Origin: a virus
Lineage: Duplodnaviria; Caudoviricetes
Reading direction: 5' to 3' (one strand)
IMG/VR virus record: IMGVR_UViG_3300007735_000699
Span: 1-38,357 of that record
Length of the DNA stretch: 38,357 bases
Each line of letters opens with the position of its first letter. Within the stretch, counting starts at the first letter, position 1. Both the position numbers and the translations under genes were made by a program. Shown in pieces: positions 7,503 to 16,148 of this stretch. The notes beneath the pieces are model-generated. The model was given only the letters and a program-made list of their open reading frames with translations. It searched no databases and had not been told where the DNA came from.

Positions 7503-7575
7503 CCCCCGCCCTATTGCGGGAGAGTATCGCGCCCCGGTCACGATCCGGGCGCGGGCCTCTAAGCCCGGCGCGATA
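7503..7575 (-). ncRNA. tRNA-like three-way junction copy A (7525-7575) plus AAUAGG-loop hairpin (7503-7522)
   Basis: TATCGCGC/CGGG-CTTAGAGG-CCCG/CG/CCCGG-ATCGTGA-CCGGG/GCGCGATA, then CTCCCGC-AATAGG-GCGGGGG. Confidence 0.75.
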
Positions 7576-7585
7576 TGGCTATCCC

Positions 7586-7861
7586 CTAGCCCCGGGGATA
7601 GAGCTCGCGCGGGGCGAGCTGGTCGCCGCAATCCTCGCAAACGCGGGGCGGCGCGAAATCGAATTCCGGCTCCCGCTCCCGCTCCCGCTTGTCTTCTGCG
7701 AGATCGGCAAGGGTAAGAATCTCCCCCCGGAAACTCTCCCCGCCGAATGCAGACTCGTCTAGACCCTCGTCTAGGTCTATGGCTTTCTGCATGCAATAGG
7801 CGCAGAAGAATCCCTCTTCATTGCGGTATCCCTCTACCCGGCTATCTGCGGTGCGTGACAT
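7586..7861 (-). CDS. Acidic zinc-binding protein; first gene of the early cassette
   Basis: FCAYC...VCEDCG; acidic; SD GGAAGGGG. Confidence 0.7.
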   Translation of the reverse strand: MSRTADSRVEGYRNEEGFFCAYCMQKAIDLDEGLDESAFGGESFRGEILTLADLAEDKREREREPEFDFAPPRVCEDCGDQLAPRELYPRG

Positions 7862-7881
7862 TGTGAACCCCTTCCATTTAC

Positions 7882-7938
7882 GCCGCGCCCTATTGCGCGA
7901 CTAGGTGAACCCTAGCACACTATGCGGCGGATAGGCAA
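7882..7938 (-). promoter_or_regulatory. Promoter P1 of the leftward cassette and 5'-terminal AAUAGG-loop hairpin
   Basis: TTGCCT-N18-TAGGGT with extended TG (7909-7938); GTCGCGC-AATAGG-GCGCGGC (7882-7901) begins at the predicted +1. Confidence 0.65.
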
Positions 7939-8371
7939 CCGCCCGCGTCCCAATAGATAAGACCCTCCCCTATTGCCCCCCTATATAAGAGGGGCGCAGG
8001 GTATAGGGGAGAAATCGAATAGCGGGGGCGGATCGGATCGGGGGCGGCGGGATACGCGTCACGCCCCGCGCCGCGCAGATAAAAAGGGGAGGCAGCTCTA
8101 GCCCCGGCCCCCGCTACCCGCGCCCCCCGTTAGGTAACCGGGAGGTCACGCACGCCCGCCCCGCGCCTAGAGGCAATACCCCCCGCGCACTAGGGGAGAA
8201 CACTAGGGGCCGGGCATACCCGATACCCCCCCCGGTTGCGCGTGCAGGGGGAGGGGGGAGGGGCGCGGCCCCGCCGGCGCTCATATAACTAATCGGTCCC
8301 GCATAGAGATTTTACCCCCCAAAGACCCCCCCTGCGCTCCCCGCAGGCCGACCCCAGAAAGGACACGCTTG

Positions 8372-8536
8372 ATGCCCGTCAGTAAGGGTGGATTCAGCTC
8401 GGATAAACAGCGTAGGTATATCTACGCAGCGGCAGCCAATGGCGAAGCGTGGGCGCGGAAGTTTCTGAAAGATCACGGCCATACGGCTCCGAAGGTGCGT
8501 CGAGGCGGATCATTGAAGGTCAGGAGGAAGAAGTGA
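8372..8536 (+). CDS. 54-aa small basic protein, not in the ORF track
   Basis: SD AGAAAGGA; MPVSKGGFSSDKQRRYIYAA... Confidence 0.65.
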   Translation: MPVSKGGFSSDKQRRYIYAAAANGEAWARKFLKDHGHTAPKVRRGGSLKVRRKK

Positions 8537-8682
8537 AACCCCCCTGGCTACGCAAGCGCCCGAAGGTCAAGCGCAAGCCCCTCACGAAAGTTCAGAAGGC
8601 AGATGCGAAGGCCCGCGCAAAGCGGGCGGGTCGCCCCTACCCGAACCTTGTGGACAATATGGCGGCAGGGCGGAGGAAGTAA
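8533..8682 (+). CDS. Small basic phage protein
   Basis: GTGA coupling; AKARAKRAGRPYPNLVDN. Confidence 0.6.
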   Translation: MKPPWLRKRPKVKRKPLTKVQKADAKARAKRAGRPYPNLVDNMAAGRRK

Positions 8683-9947
8683 TGCCCGGCCCACTCGCAG
8701 GCGGTGGCAAGGGTGCCGCTAAAAAAGCTCGCAAGATTGCTAAGAAGCACCCGAATCTTACGGGCGCACAAGTTGCTTCTCGCGTCCGGCTCGCTCCCGG
8801 TTATGTTGCTGCTAGAGATGTGCCAGGCGGGGAGGCAGTAGCGCAGCGTCAGCGTAGGAAGATCAAGACGGCCTACCGCATAATCCGCCAATCTGGACCG
8901 AATCTCAGCGCCTACTCAGGCACGCAGCGAACTGCTGCCGAGCTTGCCTACCGTATAGGTAAGGAAATGGGAGTTATGCCCTCTCTGCTTATGGGCCTTA
9001 TGGAGATCGAGTCGGGCTTTGATCCAAACGCTCTCTCTAGCGCAAGCGCGGGTGGACTTACTCAGTTCATTCCTAGCACCGCAGCCTCTTACAACGTTCG
9101 CTACGGCAACTCTCCCGCCGCGATGGAATCGCAGGTTCGTGGAGCTGCCCGCTACCTCAAAGACTTGGGCCTGAAAGACGATGTAAGGCTTGCCCTTGCG
9201 TCCTACAACGCCGGCCCCGGCAACCCCCAAGCAGCAGGCGATTACCCCGAGAACGTTCTTGCTGCCGCGCAGGGCTACCGCGATCTAGACCGGCCCGCAC
9301 TTATCCCTGCGGTCAAGGCCGCTCGCTCAACCTTGCGCGAGATGGATCAGCCACTTCCGAAGATCACGGTCAGAGCGAAGCCAACTAAGACCGCCACGAT
9401 TATCAAGATTGGAAAGATTGCTCAAAACAAATATGGCCTGACGGTTTCTGAAAACGCAGCCTTCGATGGCGGCGTTACCCCAACTTCAGGTCACGCTGAG
9501 AATAGCTTTCACTATTCCAACTCGGCAATAGATGTTTCGGGTGATCCCGCGCAGATGATGGCCTTTGACAAGTTCGTAGCCCGTAAATACGGCGGCGACC
9601 TTGAAGAACTCTTTTACGATCCTGGCGTGAACATAGACAACGGACAACCCACTTCGCCAATCGGAGGTCACAGCGACCACGTTCACGTTGCAGAAACAAC
9701 GGGTGCTAACACGGGCTACTACGGTCCAATGACCGGCAGCGGTATGGTTTCCTCTGGCAGCGGGTCAATGGGCGATAGCGCGGCATCTGGAGGCTCTGGG
9801 GGGGCTATGACAGAGGCCGAGCGCCGCCGCCGCCGCCGTGTGCGGGCAATCCAGAATCAACCGCTTCCGACCGTCGCAAGCCCGACCCCGGACGGTTCCA
9901 CTAGCAGCCTTCGTTCACTCGCCAAGAAATACGGCGTAACGATATGA
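8682..9947 (+). CDS. Lytic transglycosylase (SLT) fused to a putative zinc peptidase (M15-like) domain
   Basis: IESGFDPNALS...AGGLTQFIPST...ALASYNAGPG (SLT motifs I-III); SFHY...AIDV...GHSDHVHVA. Confidence 0.85.
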   Translation: MPGPLAGGGKGAAKKARKIAKKHPNLTGAQVASRVRLAPGYVAARDVPGGEAVAQRQRRKIKTAYRIIRQSGPNLSAYSGTQRTAAELAYRIGKEMGVMPSLLMGLMEIESGFDPNALSSASAGGLTQFIPSTAASYNVRYGNSPAAMESQVRGAARYLKDLGLKDDVRLALASYNAGPGNPQAAGDYPENVLAAAQGYRDLDRPALIPAVKAARSTLREMDQPLPKITVRAKPTKTATIIKIGKIAQNKYGLTVSENAAFDGGVTPTSGHAENSFHYSNSAIDVSGDPAQMMAFDKFVARKYGGDLEELFYDPGVNIDNGQPTSPIGGHSDHVHVAETTGANTGYYGPMTGSGMVSSGSGSMGDSAASGGSGGAMTEAERRRRRRVRAIQNQPLPTVASPTPDGSTSSLRSLAKKYGVTI

Positions 9948-11413
9948 GCCAGCGCCTCACGGTGCGGGTGAAGGGGGGCAAGCCTGACCCTGAGAGCCTG
10001 CGAAAGATAGAAGAGTTCAATCGAGTTCTTCAAGCCAACCCTCTCTACGCTTATGTTCCGCACGATAAGCAGATGGACTTTCACGCCTCTACTGACAAGT
10101 TGAAGGCGTTCATCGGAGGAAACAGGTCGGGCAAGACCACCGCTGCGATCCTTGATTGTCTGATTCAGTCAGTTGATGAAGAGTTCCTGCCCGACAATCT
10201 GAAGCCCTACAAGCACCACCAGGGCGAGTTCTATTGCCGCATTGTCTCCCCAGACTTCACCTCCACGATGGAAGGCGTGATCTTCCACAAGATTCGCCAA
10301 TGGGTTCCCCGCGCAGCTCTAAAGGGCGGGTCTTGGGACAAGGCATACGATAAGCAGCGCCGGGTTCTCAGGTTCGCAAACGGTTCGTGGTGGGACTTCC
10401 TTACTTATGAGCAGGACTTGGACAAGTTCTCGGGAGCTGCCCTACACCGCGTTTGCTACGACGAGGAACCGCCTGGAGATAAGGGCGAAGCGATTCGGCA
10501 AGAGTGCCGCGCTCGACTTGTGGACTTCGGAGGCGACGAAGTATTTGCCTTCACCCCGCTTCTCGGACTCTCTTGGGCTTACGACGCAATCTGGGAGCGC
10601 CGGCACGACGACGATGTGACCGTAGTGCAGGTGGATATGGACGATAACCCCCACCTTGACCAAGACGCTAAGAAGGACTTCTTGGCTGGCCTCACTAAAG
10701 AAGAGGCTGAAGCTCGTAAGTCCGGCAAGTTCGTTCACTTCTCAGGTTTGTTCTACCCCGAGTATTCCGACGAAACCCATCTGCGCGATGCGCCTACCCG
10801 AGATTACCTGAAGGGGCAGGATATAGTCGTGGGCATTGACCCCGGCTTCCGCCGAACAGGAGTCGTCTGGGTTGCCTTTGACAACGACAATGGGGCGTTC
10901 GTCTTTGACGAGTTCTACCCGCAGGAGATGGTCGTAGGGCCGATCTCCGACGCAATCAAGGACCGCAACGAGTTCTGGGGCGTGGACCCTATCTATGTGA
11001 TTGACCCCTCCGCCCGCAACCGCGCCACGATCCACGCAGAAGGCGTAGAGGCTGAGTTTGCCCGCGAAGGTATCTATTGCGAACACGGGCAGAACGACCG
11101 CGCTTCGGGCATCTTGGAAGTAAAGGCAAGGCTCCAGCAACACCGACTCGTTTTTTCGTCCGATTGCCGAAACATACTTTGGGAGATATCGCGCTACCGC
11201 CGTGACCCTCGCTCTAACGACGAGTTCGCGGCCATAAAGAGGGACGATCACCTTCTCGACGCGATGCGATACGCGATTATGGCCCGCGCTTGGGGCAATC
11301 TCGCACCGAATGTAGGACGACAGAGGCGACGGGGATTCAACCCGAACTATGAAGCGCCCTGGAGTCCACCTCAGAAAACTGAACAACAAGGCCCGTTAGG
11401 AGTATTCACTTGA
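9944..11413 (+). CDS. terL: Terminase large subunit
   Basis: Q motif HDKQ, Walker A GGNRSGKT, Walker B VCYDEEP, coupling motif FTP, nuclease GIDPG...DDHLLDAMRY. Confidence 0.95.
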   Translation: MSQRLTVRVKGGKPDPESLRKIEEFNRVLQANPLYAYVPHDKQMDFHASTDKLKAFIGGNRSGKTTAAILDCLIQSVDEEFLPDNLKPYKHHQGEFYCRIVSPDFTSTMEGVIFHKIRQWVPRAALKGGSWDKAYDKQRRVLRFANGSWWDFLTYEQDLDKFSGAALHRVCYDEEPPGDKGEAIRQECRARLVDFGGDEVFAFTPLLGLSWAYDAIWERRHDDDVTVVQVDMDDNPHLDQDAKKDFLAGLTKEEAEARKSGKFVHFSGLFYPEYSDETHLRDAPTRDYLKGQDIVVGIDPGFRRTGVVWVAFDNDNGAFVFDEFYPQEMVVGPISDAIKDRNEFWGVDPIYVIDPSARNRATIHAEGVEAEFAREGIYCEHGQNDRASGILEVKARLQQHRLVFSSDCRNILWEISRYRRDPRSNDEFAAIKRDDHLLDAMRYAIMARAWGNLAPNVGRQRRRGFNPNYEAPWSPPQKTEQQGPLGVFT

Positions 11414-11712
11414 AGCCCAAGATCGTAGAAACCGCCGAAAAGGTTCCCGCCCGTTGCATCGTCAGCTCGGAAGTAGATGGCCCGTTCATTGACACCGGCA
11501 CTTACGCCGGCGAGATGGACCCTTATATCTACCTCTCGGTTGCCTACGTCACCGAAGTAGCCCGTGATCTTCTTGGAATGGTTCCAAAGAAGGAAGTTGA
11601 AGACTTGCAGGAACAGGTCAATGCCCTGAAGGTCAAGCTCGGAAAGATGGAAAAGGTAGAGGACGCGGTAAAGGTGATCCAAGAGTTTGAGACTGAACAG
11701 GTTCTAGCGTGA
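11410..11712 (+). CDS. Hypothetical protein with C-terminal coiled coil
   Basis: Coupled to terL and to the next gene. Confidence 0.65.
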   Translation: MKPKIVETAEKVPARCIVSSEVDGPFIDTGTYAGEMDPYIYLSVAYVTEVARDLLGMVPKKEVEDLQEQVNALKVKLGKMEKVEDAVKVIQEFETEQVLA

Positions 11713-11999
11713 TCGCGGCCCTAGCGATTCTTGCCGTCCTCTCGATCTCCCTTGTTGCCCTTGTCGCATATCGCTTTCGTATTGCGGATCAGAACTTTGA
11801 GGCGATTCTTGCTGCCACTCAGAACCTCTTGCAAGACACGCAGCGCGAGAGGGAAGCGCAGGCCAAGCAAGTCTCCGAACTACTCAACCGAATACAGGCT
11901 CCCGATGTTGCGCCGTATGTAGAAACGGGTGAGTTTGGAAAGCAGCACGTTTCATTCGATAACGACGAAGATTTCTGGCAGACCAAAGATAAGGACTAA
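11709..11999 (+). CDS. Membrane-anchored coiled-coil protein
   Basis: N-terminal TM helix; coupled starts and stops. Confidence 0.65.
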   Translation: MIAALAILAVLSISLVALVAYRFRIADQNFEAILAATQNLLQDTQREREAQAKQVSELLNRIQAPDVAPYVETGEFGKQHVSFDNDEDFWQTKDKD

Positions 12000-14005
12000 T
12001 GGCCGAAGCTCCGATTGACAACACGAATCTCAATGAAGATCAGAAGGTTCCTGCCAAAGTGCAGGAACGCATTTCGCGTGGACGCAACCGTATGCGCCAG
12101 GGGTCGGCCAAGCGCAACGAGTGTCTGAAGTTCTGGCGCTCGGAGCAGTATTTCTGGACGGATCAAAAGGGCAATCTCAACTCTCTCCCCACTACCACCA
12201 ACTACTACGAGCAATCAGGTAAGCCCCCGCAGCGTCAGCGCACCACCCGCAACCTGATATTTGACGTGGTAGAGCGTGAGGTCGCGCTTTCAACCAGCCG
12301 CGTCCCGTCTTACCAAGTTTCCCCTTCTACTACTGACCCCGAAGATATTGGCGCAGCTCGACTTGCCGAGAAGGTGGCCCTCTACGGCTACGACAAGTGG
12401 CATATCCGCGCCGCTACCGAAGAGGTAGTTCGCTACGCGGTAATCGCAGACGAAGGTTTCGCTTGGCCCTACTTTGACAATCAGGTTGGCCCGTTCATCA
12501 AGGGTGCCAACGTCGGGATTGGCGATGTTCGTATCCGCGTCTTCGGCCCGAATGAGGTCTATTGGGAGCCGGGGCTGAACTTTGAGGATTCCCGTTGGCA
12601 CGCCGTAGAGCAGGCCCGCGATCCCGAAACGATTTATCAGATGGAGGGATATACCGGCGGCAAGCTCACCCCCGACGCGCAGGGCAGCGAGTCCCTTACC
12701 TCTGAGTCCACCCCCGAAGCCAAGCTCGTCCTAGTGACCGAGTATCTGGAGCGCCCCTGCCCCGAGTATCCGCAGGGTCGGTGGATCGTGATTGCCAATG
12801 GCCGAGTTGTAGTTCCTGAACGCCCCTACCCTTGCGCCGACTACGACGGTGAGCCGATTGACGAACCGATTCTCCACAAACTTTCCTACGCCCGTGACCC
12901 CGATTCCGACAGGGATCAAGGTCTAGTAAGGCACCTACTCGACGCACAGAGGACAATAAATGCAGCTGCCTCTAAGTCGGTTGAGTGGTTGGTGCTGGCG
13001 TTGAACCCGCAGTTGCTTATTCGCAACGGAGGACTTGCGAAGGGGCAGCGACTCACCGACGAGCCAGGGGCGGTATATAACGTCGTTGGCAACGGTGAGA
13101 TGGAATGGCGACCCGTTCCTCCCGTCCCGCAAGAGCTATTCCAGATCAAGGGACAGGCTGAGTCCGATATTGCCCGCATCGCAGCTCAGAACGATATTCC
13201 CGGCAACGTGGAATCCGCTCGGGGTATTCAGGCGCTTATTGAGCGCGACACCTCTCGGCGGGCCGCGTTCATAGCGAACCTTGCCGAGTTCCATTCGCGC
13301 CTTATGCGTCATTGTCTTTATCTAGTAGCCCGCCATTACACCGAAGAAAGGCTCCTGAAGATAAGGGGCCGGTTCGGGCCGGAGGCAATCCGTGACTTCA
13401 CGGGATCGCAGTTGCGCGGTCAGGTAGATGTTCGGGTCTTCCCCGACTCGATTGAGCCGCGCACTAAGCAGGCGATGGAGCAACGGATAATGAACTACGC
13501 CCAACTTGGGTGGGTTAGCCCTGAAGCGGCAATGGCCGCGATCAACTCAGGCACCGCCGAGGGTCTAGTTGAGTCCTACGAGCTTGACCTTGCCCGCGCC
13601 AACGATGTAATCCAGAAGATCAAGGAAGGTTCCTTTATGGAGGAACCGAGCCGGCGGGTATTCCCCGGCGAGGCAGTTGAAACTGACCCCGCTACGGGCG
13701 AGCAGATTCAGGTGGCCGAAGAGGTTCCCGGCTGGATTCCCCGACCGTTCGACAATGTTCGAGTCCACAAGCAGGTCTTTGAGGATTTTATGAAGACCAC
13801 CGACTACGACGCTTTGGACGAGGTGGGTAAGGAGGCAGCCGCCCTCTACTACGACACCTTGCTCAAACTTGAAGCCGAACAGACAGCCCGCGATCAAGCG
13901 GCGCAACAGCAGATGGCAGAAGGGCTTGGAATGAACAACGCCGCCAAGCCCCAACAGGCAGCCCCCCTACCGTCGCTGCCGGGCGCACAGACACCGCCCC
14001 AATAA
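11999..14005 (+). CDS. Portal protein (P22-like head-tail connector)
   Basis: 668 aa after terL; GLVRHLLDAQRTIN, PGAV, SARGIQALIE, ERLLKIRG, DVRV..DS..P motifs typical of this portal class; Q/P-rich tail. Confidence 0.85.
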   Translation: MAEAPIDNTNLNEDQKVPAKVQERISRGRNRMRQGSAKRNECLKFWRSEQYFWTDQKGNLNSLPTTTNYYEQSGKPPQRQRTTRNLIFDVVEREVALSTSRVPSYQVSPSTTDPEDIGAARLAEKVALYGYDKWHIRAATEEVVRYAVIADEGFAWPYFDNQVGPFIKGANVGIGDVRIRVFGPNEVYWEPGLNFEDSRWHAVEQARDPETIYQMEGYTGGKLTPDAQGSESLTSESTPEAKLVLVTEYLERPCPEYPQGRWIVIANGRVVVPERPYPCADYDGEPIDEPILHKLSYARDPDSDRDQGLVRHLLDAQRTINAAASKSVEWLVLALNPQLLIRNGGLAKGQRLTDEPGAVYNVVGNGEMEWRPVPPVPQELFQIKGQAESDIARIAAQNDIPGNVESARGIQALIERDTSRRAAFIANLAEFHSRLMRHCLYLVARHYTEERLLKIRGRFGPEAIRDFTGSQLRGQVDVRVFPDSIEPRTKQAMEQRIMNYAQLGWVSPEAAMAAINSGTAEGLVESYELDLARANDVIQKIKEGSFMEEPSRRVFPGEAVETDPATGEQIQVAEEVPGWIPRPFDNVRVHKQVFEDFMKTTDYDALDEVGKEAAALYYDTLLKLEAEQTARDQAAQQQMAEGLGMNNAAKPQQAAPLPSLPGAQTPPQ

Positions 14006-14082
14006 ATAAGACTTTCGCGGATCAGCGGCCCCTGCCAGATGCAGGGGGTTAGCCGCCCCGCTCCACAGGAAGGAAGCCAGAA

Positions 14083-14844
14083 ATGGCAGATACGGCCCCT
14101 GAGAATCAGGATCAGCCCCAGAATGAAACCGCCCCCGCACCAGAGTCCACAGAGGCTCCGAATACGGACCAGGCGAACACGGAAGAATCGGCACCAGCAT
14201 TTACCGATTCCTACAACCCCGACGAACTGCCGGAAGAAGCCCGAGCCGCTTACGACGCTGCCTACAAGAGATTGCAGGCGGATTACACCCGTAAGACTCA
14301 GGAAGTATCTTCGCAGCGCCGGGAGGCAGAGCAAGCGCAAGCGCTTGTATCAGCCCTGCGGAACCCAGCAACCCAAGCCCAAGCTCTTCAGATGCTCGGA
14401 CTCGAACTAGAGGACGACGGCGAAGACACAGGCTATGTGGACCCAGATGAACGCATTGACCGCTTGGAGCAAATGCTTACCGAGCGGGAGAAGCAGGTCG
14501 AAGAAGAGAAGCAGATGGAGCAAGAGGCTACTTTCATTGACTCTGAGCTTCAGCGACTCGCTAAGGCCGACAACCACAACCTAGACGATTCAGAGATTGA
14601 ACTGATCGTTTCGTTTGCGGTTGCAAATCGTCTGGACGATGGCCGCCCCAATGTGGAGGCAGGTTATCGTCAGCTTCAGGCTCTCTACTCAGAAGCTCAG
14701 AAGCGCCACATTGAGTCGAAGCGAAACGCTCCGGCACCGGGTATCGGATCAGCCGCAGAAAAGAAATGGCAACTCGATACTGAAGAAGGCCGCAAGGCGG
14801 CTATGGCGGAAATCGCCGCAGCCAACTTTGAGCAGTCTTCTTAG
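14083..14844 (+). CDS. Capsid scaffolding protein
   Basis: Acidic N-terminus, LQADYTRKTQE motif, coiled coil; lies between portal and capsid genes. Confidence 0.85.
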   Translation: MADTAPENQDQPQNETAPAPESTEAPNTDQANTEESAPAFTDSYNPDELPEEARAAYDAAYKRLQADYTRKTQEVSSQRREAEQAQALVSALRNPATQAQALQMLGLELEDDGEDTGYVDPDERIDRLEQMLTEREKQVEEEKQMEQEATFIDSELQRLAKADNHNLDDSEIELIVSFAVANRLDDGRPNVEAGYRQLQALYSEAQKRHIESKRNAPAPGIGSAAEKKWQLDTEEGRKAAMAEIAAANFEQSS

Positions 14845-14862
14845 TCAGGAGAATCAGAACAG

Positions 14863-16080
14863 ATGGCAGCGACTCTCACAGCGTATAACGACGCTCTGAA
14901 GCGCGTTTATACGCAAGACAGGCTGGAGTCGCAGCTTTATCAGGAAAATCCTTTCCTCGATAAGCTCGGCAAGTCCAGCCGCATCTCCATTGGTGAGGTA
15001 GCCCGTGTTCCGCTCCACGTTTCCCGTAATGGCGGTTTCACCGTTCTTCCGGGAGCCGGCGGAAACCTGAACGCCGCAGGCGAGCAGGGTATCAGCAAGG
15101 CTGAATACGGATACACCCACCAGCATCAGCAGATTCAGATTCAGGGATCGGTCCTCGACCAGGCTTCCGGCAACGCTAATACCGTTGCTGACGTTCTGGA
15201 GACTGAGGTTTCCGGCGCTCTGGACGACCTGCGTAAGCAGATCACCCGTCAGCTCTTCCAGGACGGTTCCGCAAAGATTGTCGCTTGCGGCACCACTTCT
15301 TCCAGCACTACGGTCACGCTGAACTCGACCGAAGGCGTAGAAGTTCTGGAGCGTGGTTGGCTCTTCCCCGGCCAGGTCATTGACATCGGCACCGCCGCTT
15401 CAGAGGCTTCGGTTGCAGATGCAAAGACCATTACCGCCGTATCAGAGTCCGGCCCCAGCATCACGATCAGCGGTTCCGCCGTCAGCACTTCGTCCTCGAA
15501 CTTCGTTTCGATTGCGAACGCTCGCGCCGGTGCAACCTCCTACGAGGCCAATGGTCTTCGTGGACTCGTTTCTACCTCCACTACTTTCGGAGGCGTTGAT
15601 CCGGCCACCTATTCTTGGTGGAAGGCAGCGAACGTGGACACCTCGACCACGACCCTCTCGCTGGAGGCTATGCTCACTCAGGAGCAGAAGATCAACCAGC
15701 GCGGAGCGAAGGCTGACTTCGTTCTGACCGGCCTGAAGCAGAGCCGGAAGTTCTACCAGCTCCTCCAGAATCAGGTCCGTTTCGTTTCTGGCGATAACGG
15801 CATCTCTAGTGGAGGCGTTGGCGCACAGGACGTTCCGAAGTGGAACGGCTTGGAAGTTCACCGTCACCCCGATTGCTACGACGAGGATATGTATTTCGGT
15901 TCTTTCAAGAACCTCTTCATCGTTGCAACCGCAAAGCCAAGTTGGCAGTCCGACGTGACCGGCGGCGAGATTCTGTCGTGGATTCAGGGAACTGATTCCT
16001 ACGGCGCGAAGCTCACCTACCGCTTCAACCTCGGCACCAACCGCCGCAACGCCTTCGCCCGTCTGGGCGCTCTGGCGTAG
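14863..16080 (+). CDS. Major capsid protein
   Basis: 405 aa after the scaffold; strong codon bias; followed by a hairpin; HK97-type layout inferred. Confidence 0.85.
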   Translation: MAATLTAYNDALKRVYTQDRLESQLYQENPFLDKLGKSSRISIGEVARVPLHVSRNGGFTVLPGAGGNLNAAGEQGISKAEYGYTHQHQQIQIQGSVLDQASGNANTVADVLETEVSGALDDLRKQITRQLFQDGSAKIVACGTTSSSTTVTLNSTEGVEVLERGWLFPGQVIDIGTAASEASVADAKTITAVSESGPSITISGSAVSTSSSNFVSIANARAGATSYEANGLRGLVSTSTTFGGVDPATYSWWKAANVDTSTTTLSLEAMLTQEQKINQRGAKADFVLTGLKQSRKFYQLLQNQVRFVSGDNGISSGGVGAQDVPKWNGLEVHRHPDCYDEDMYFGSFKNLFIVATAKPSWQSDVTGGEILSWIQGTDSYGAKLTYRFNLGTNRRNAFARLGALA

Positions 16081-16096
16081 CGCACAGCATCACCGA

Positions 16097-16124
16097 CCCC
16101 TCGCCGGCGTAAGTCGGCGGGGGG
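16097..16124 (+). terminator. GC-rich hairpin after the capsid gene
   Basis: CCCCTCGCCGGC-GTAA-GTCGGCGGGGGG; no U tract. Confidence 0.55.
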
Positions 16125-16148
16125 CACCCAACTTCAAGAAAGGAACCC

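Noticed and set aside
4705-7575. The five elements as true tRNA genes or a CRISPR array
   Set aside because: They are ~50 nt with no anticodon arm or encoded CCA; the repeats are not identical and are separated by whole ORFs; there is no cas operon
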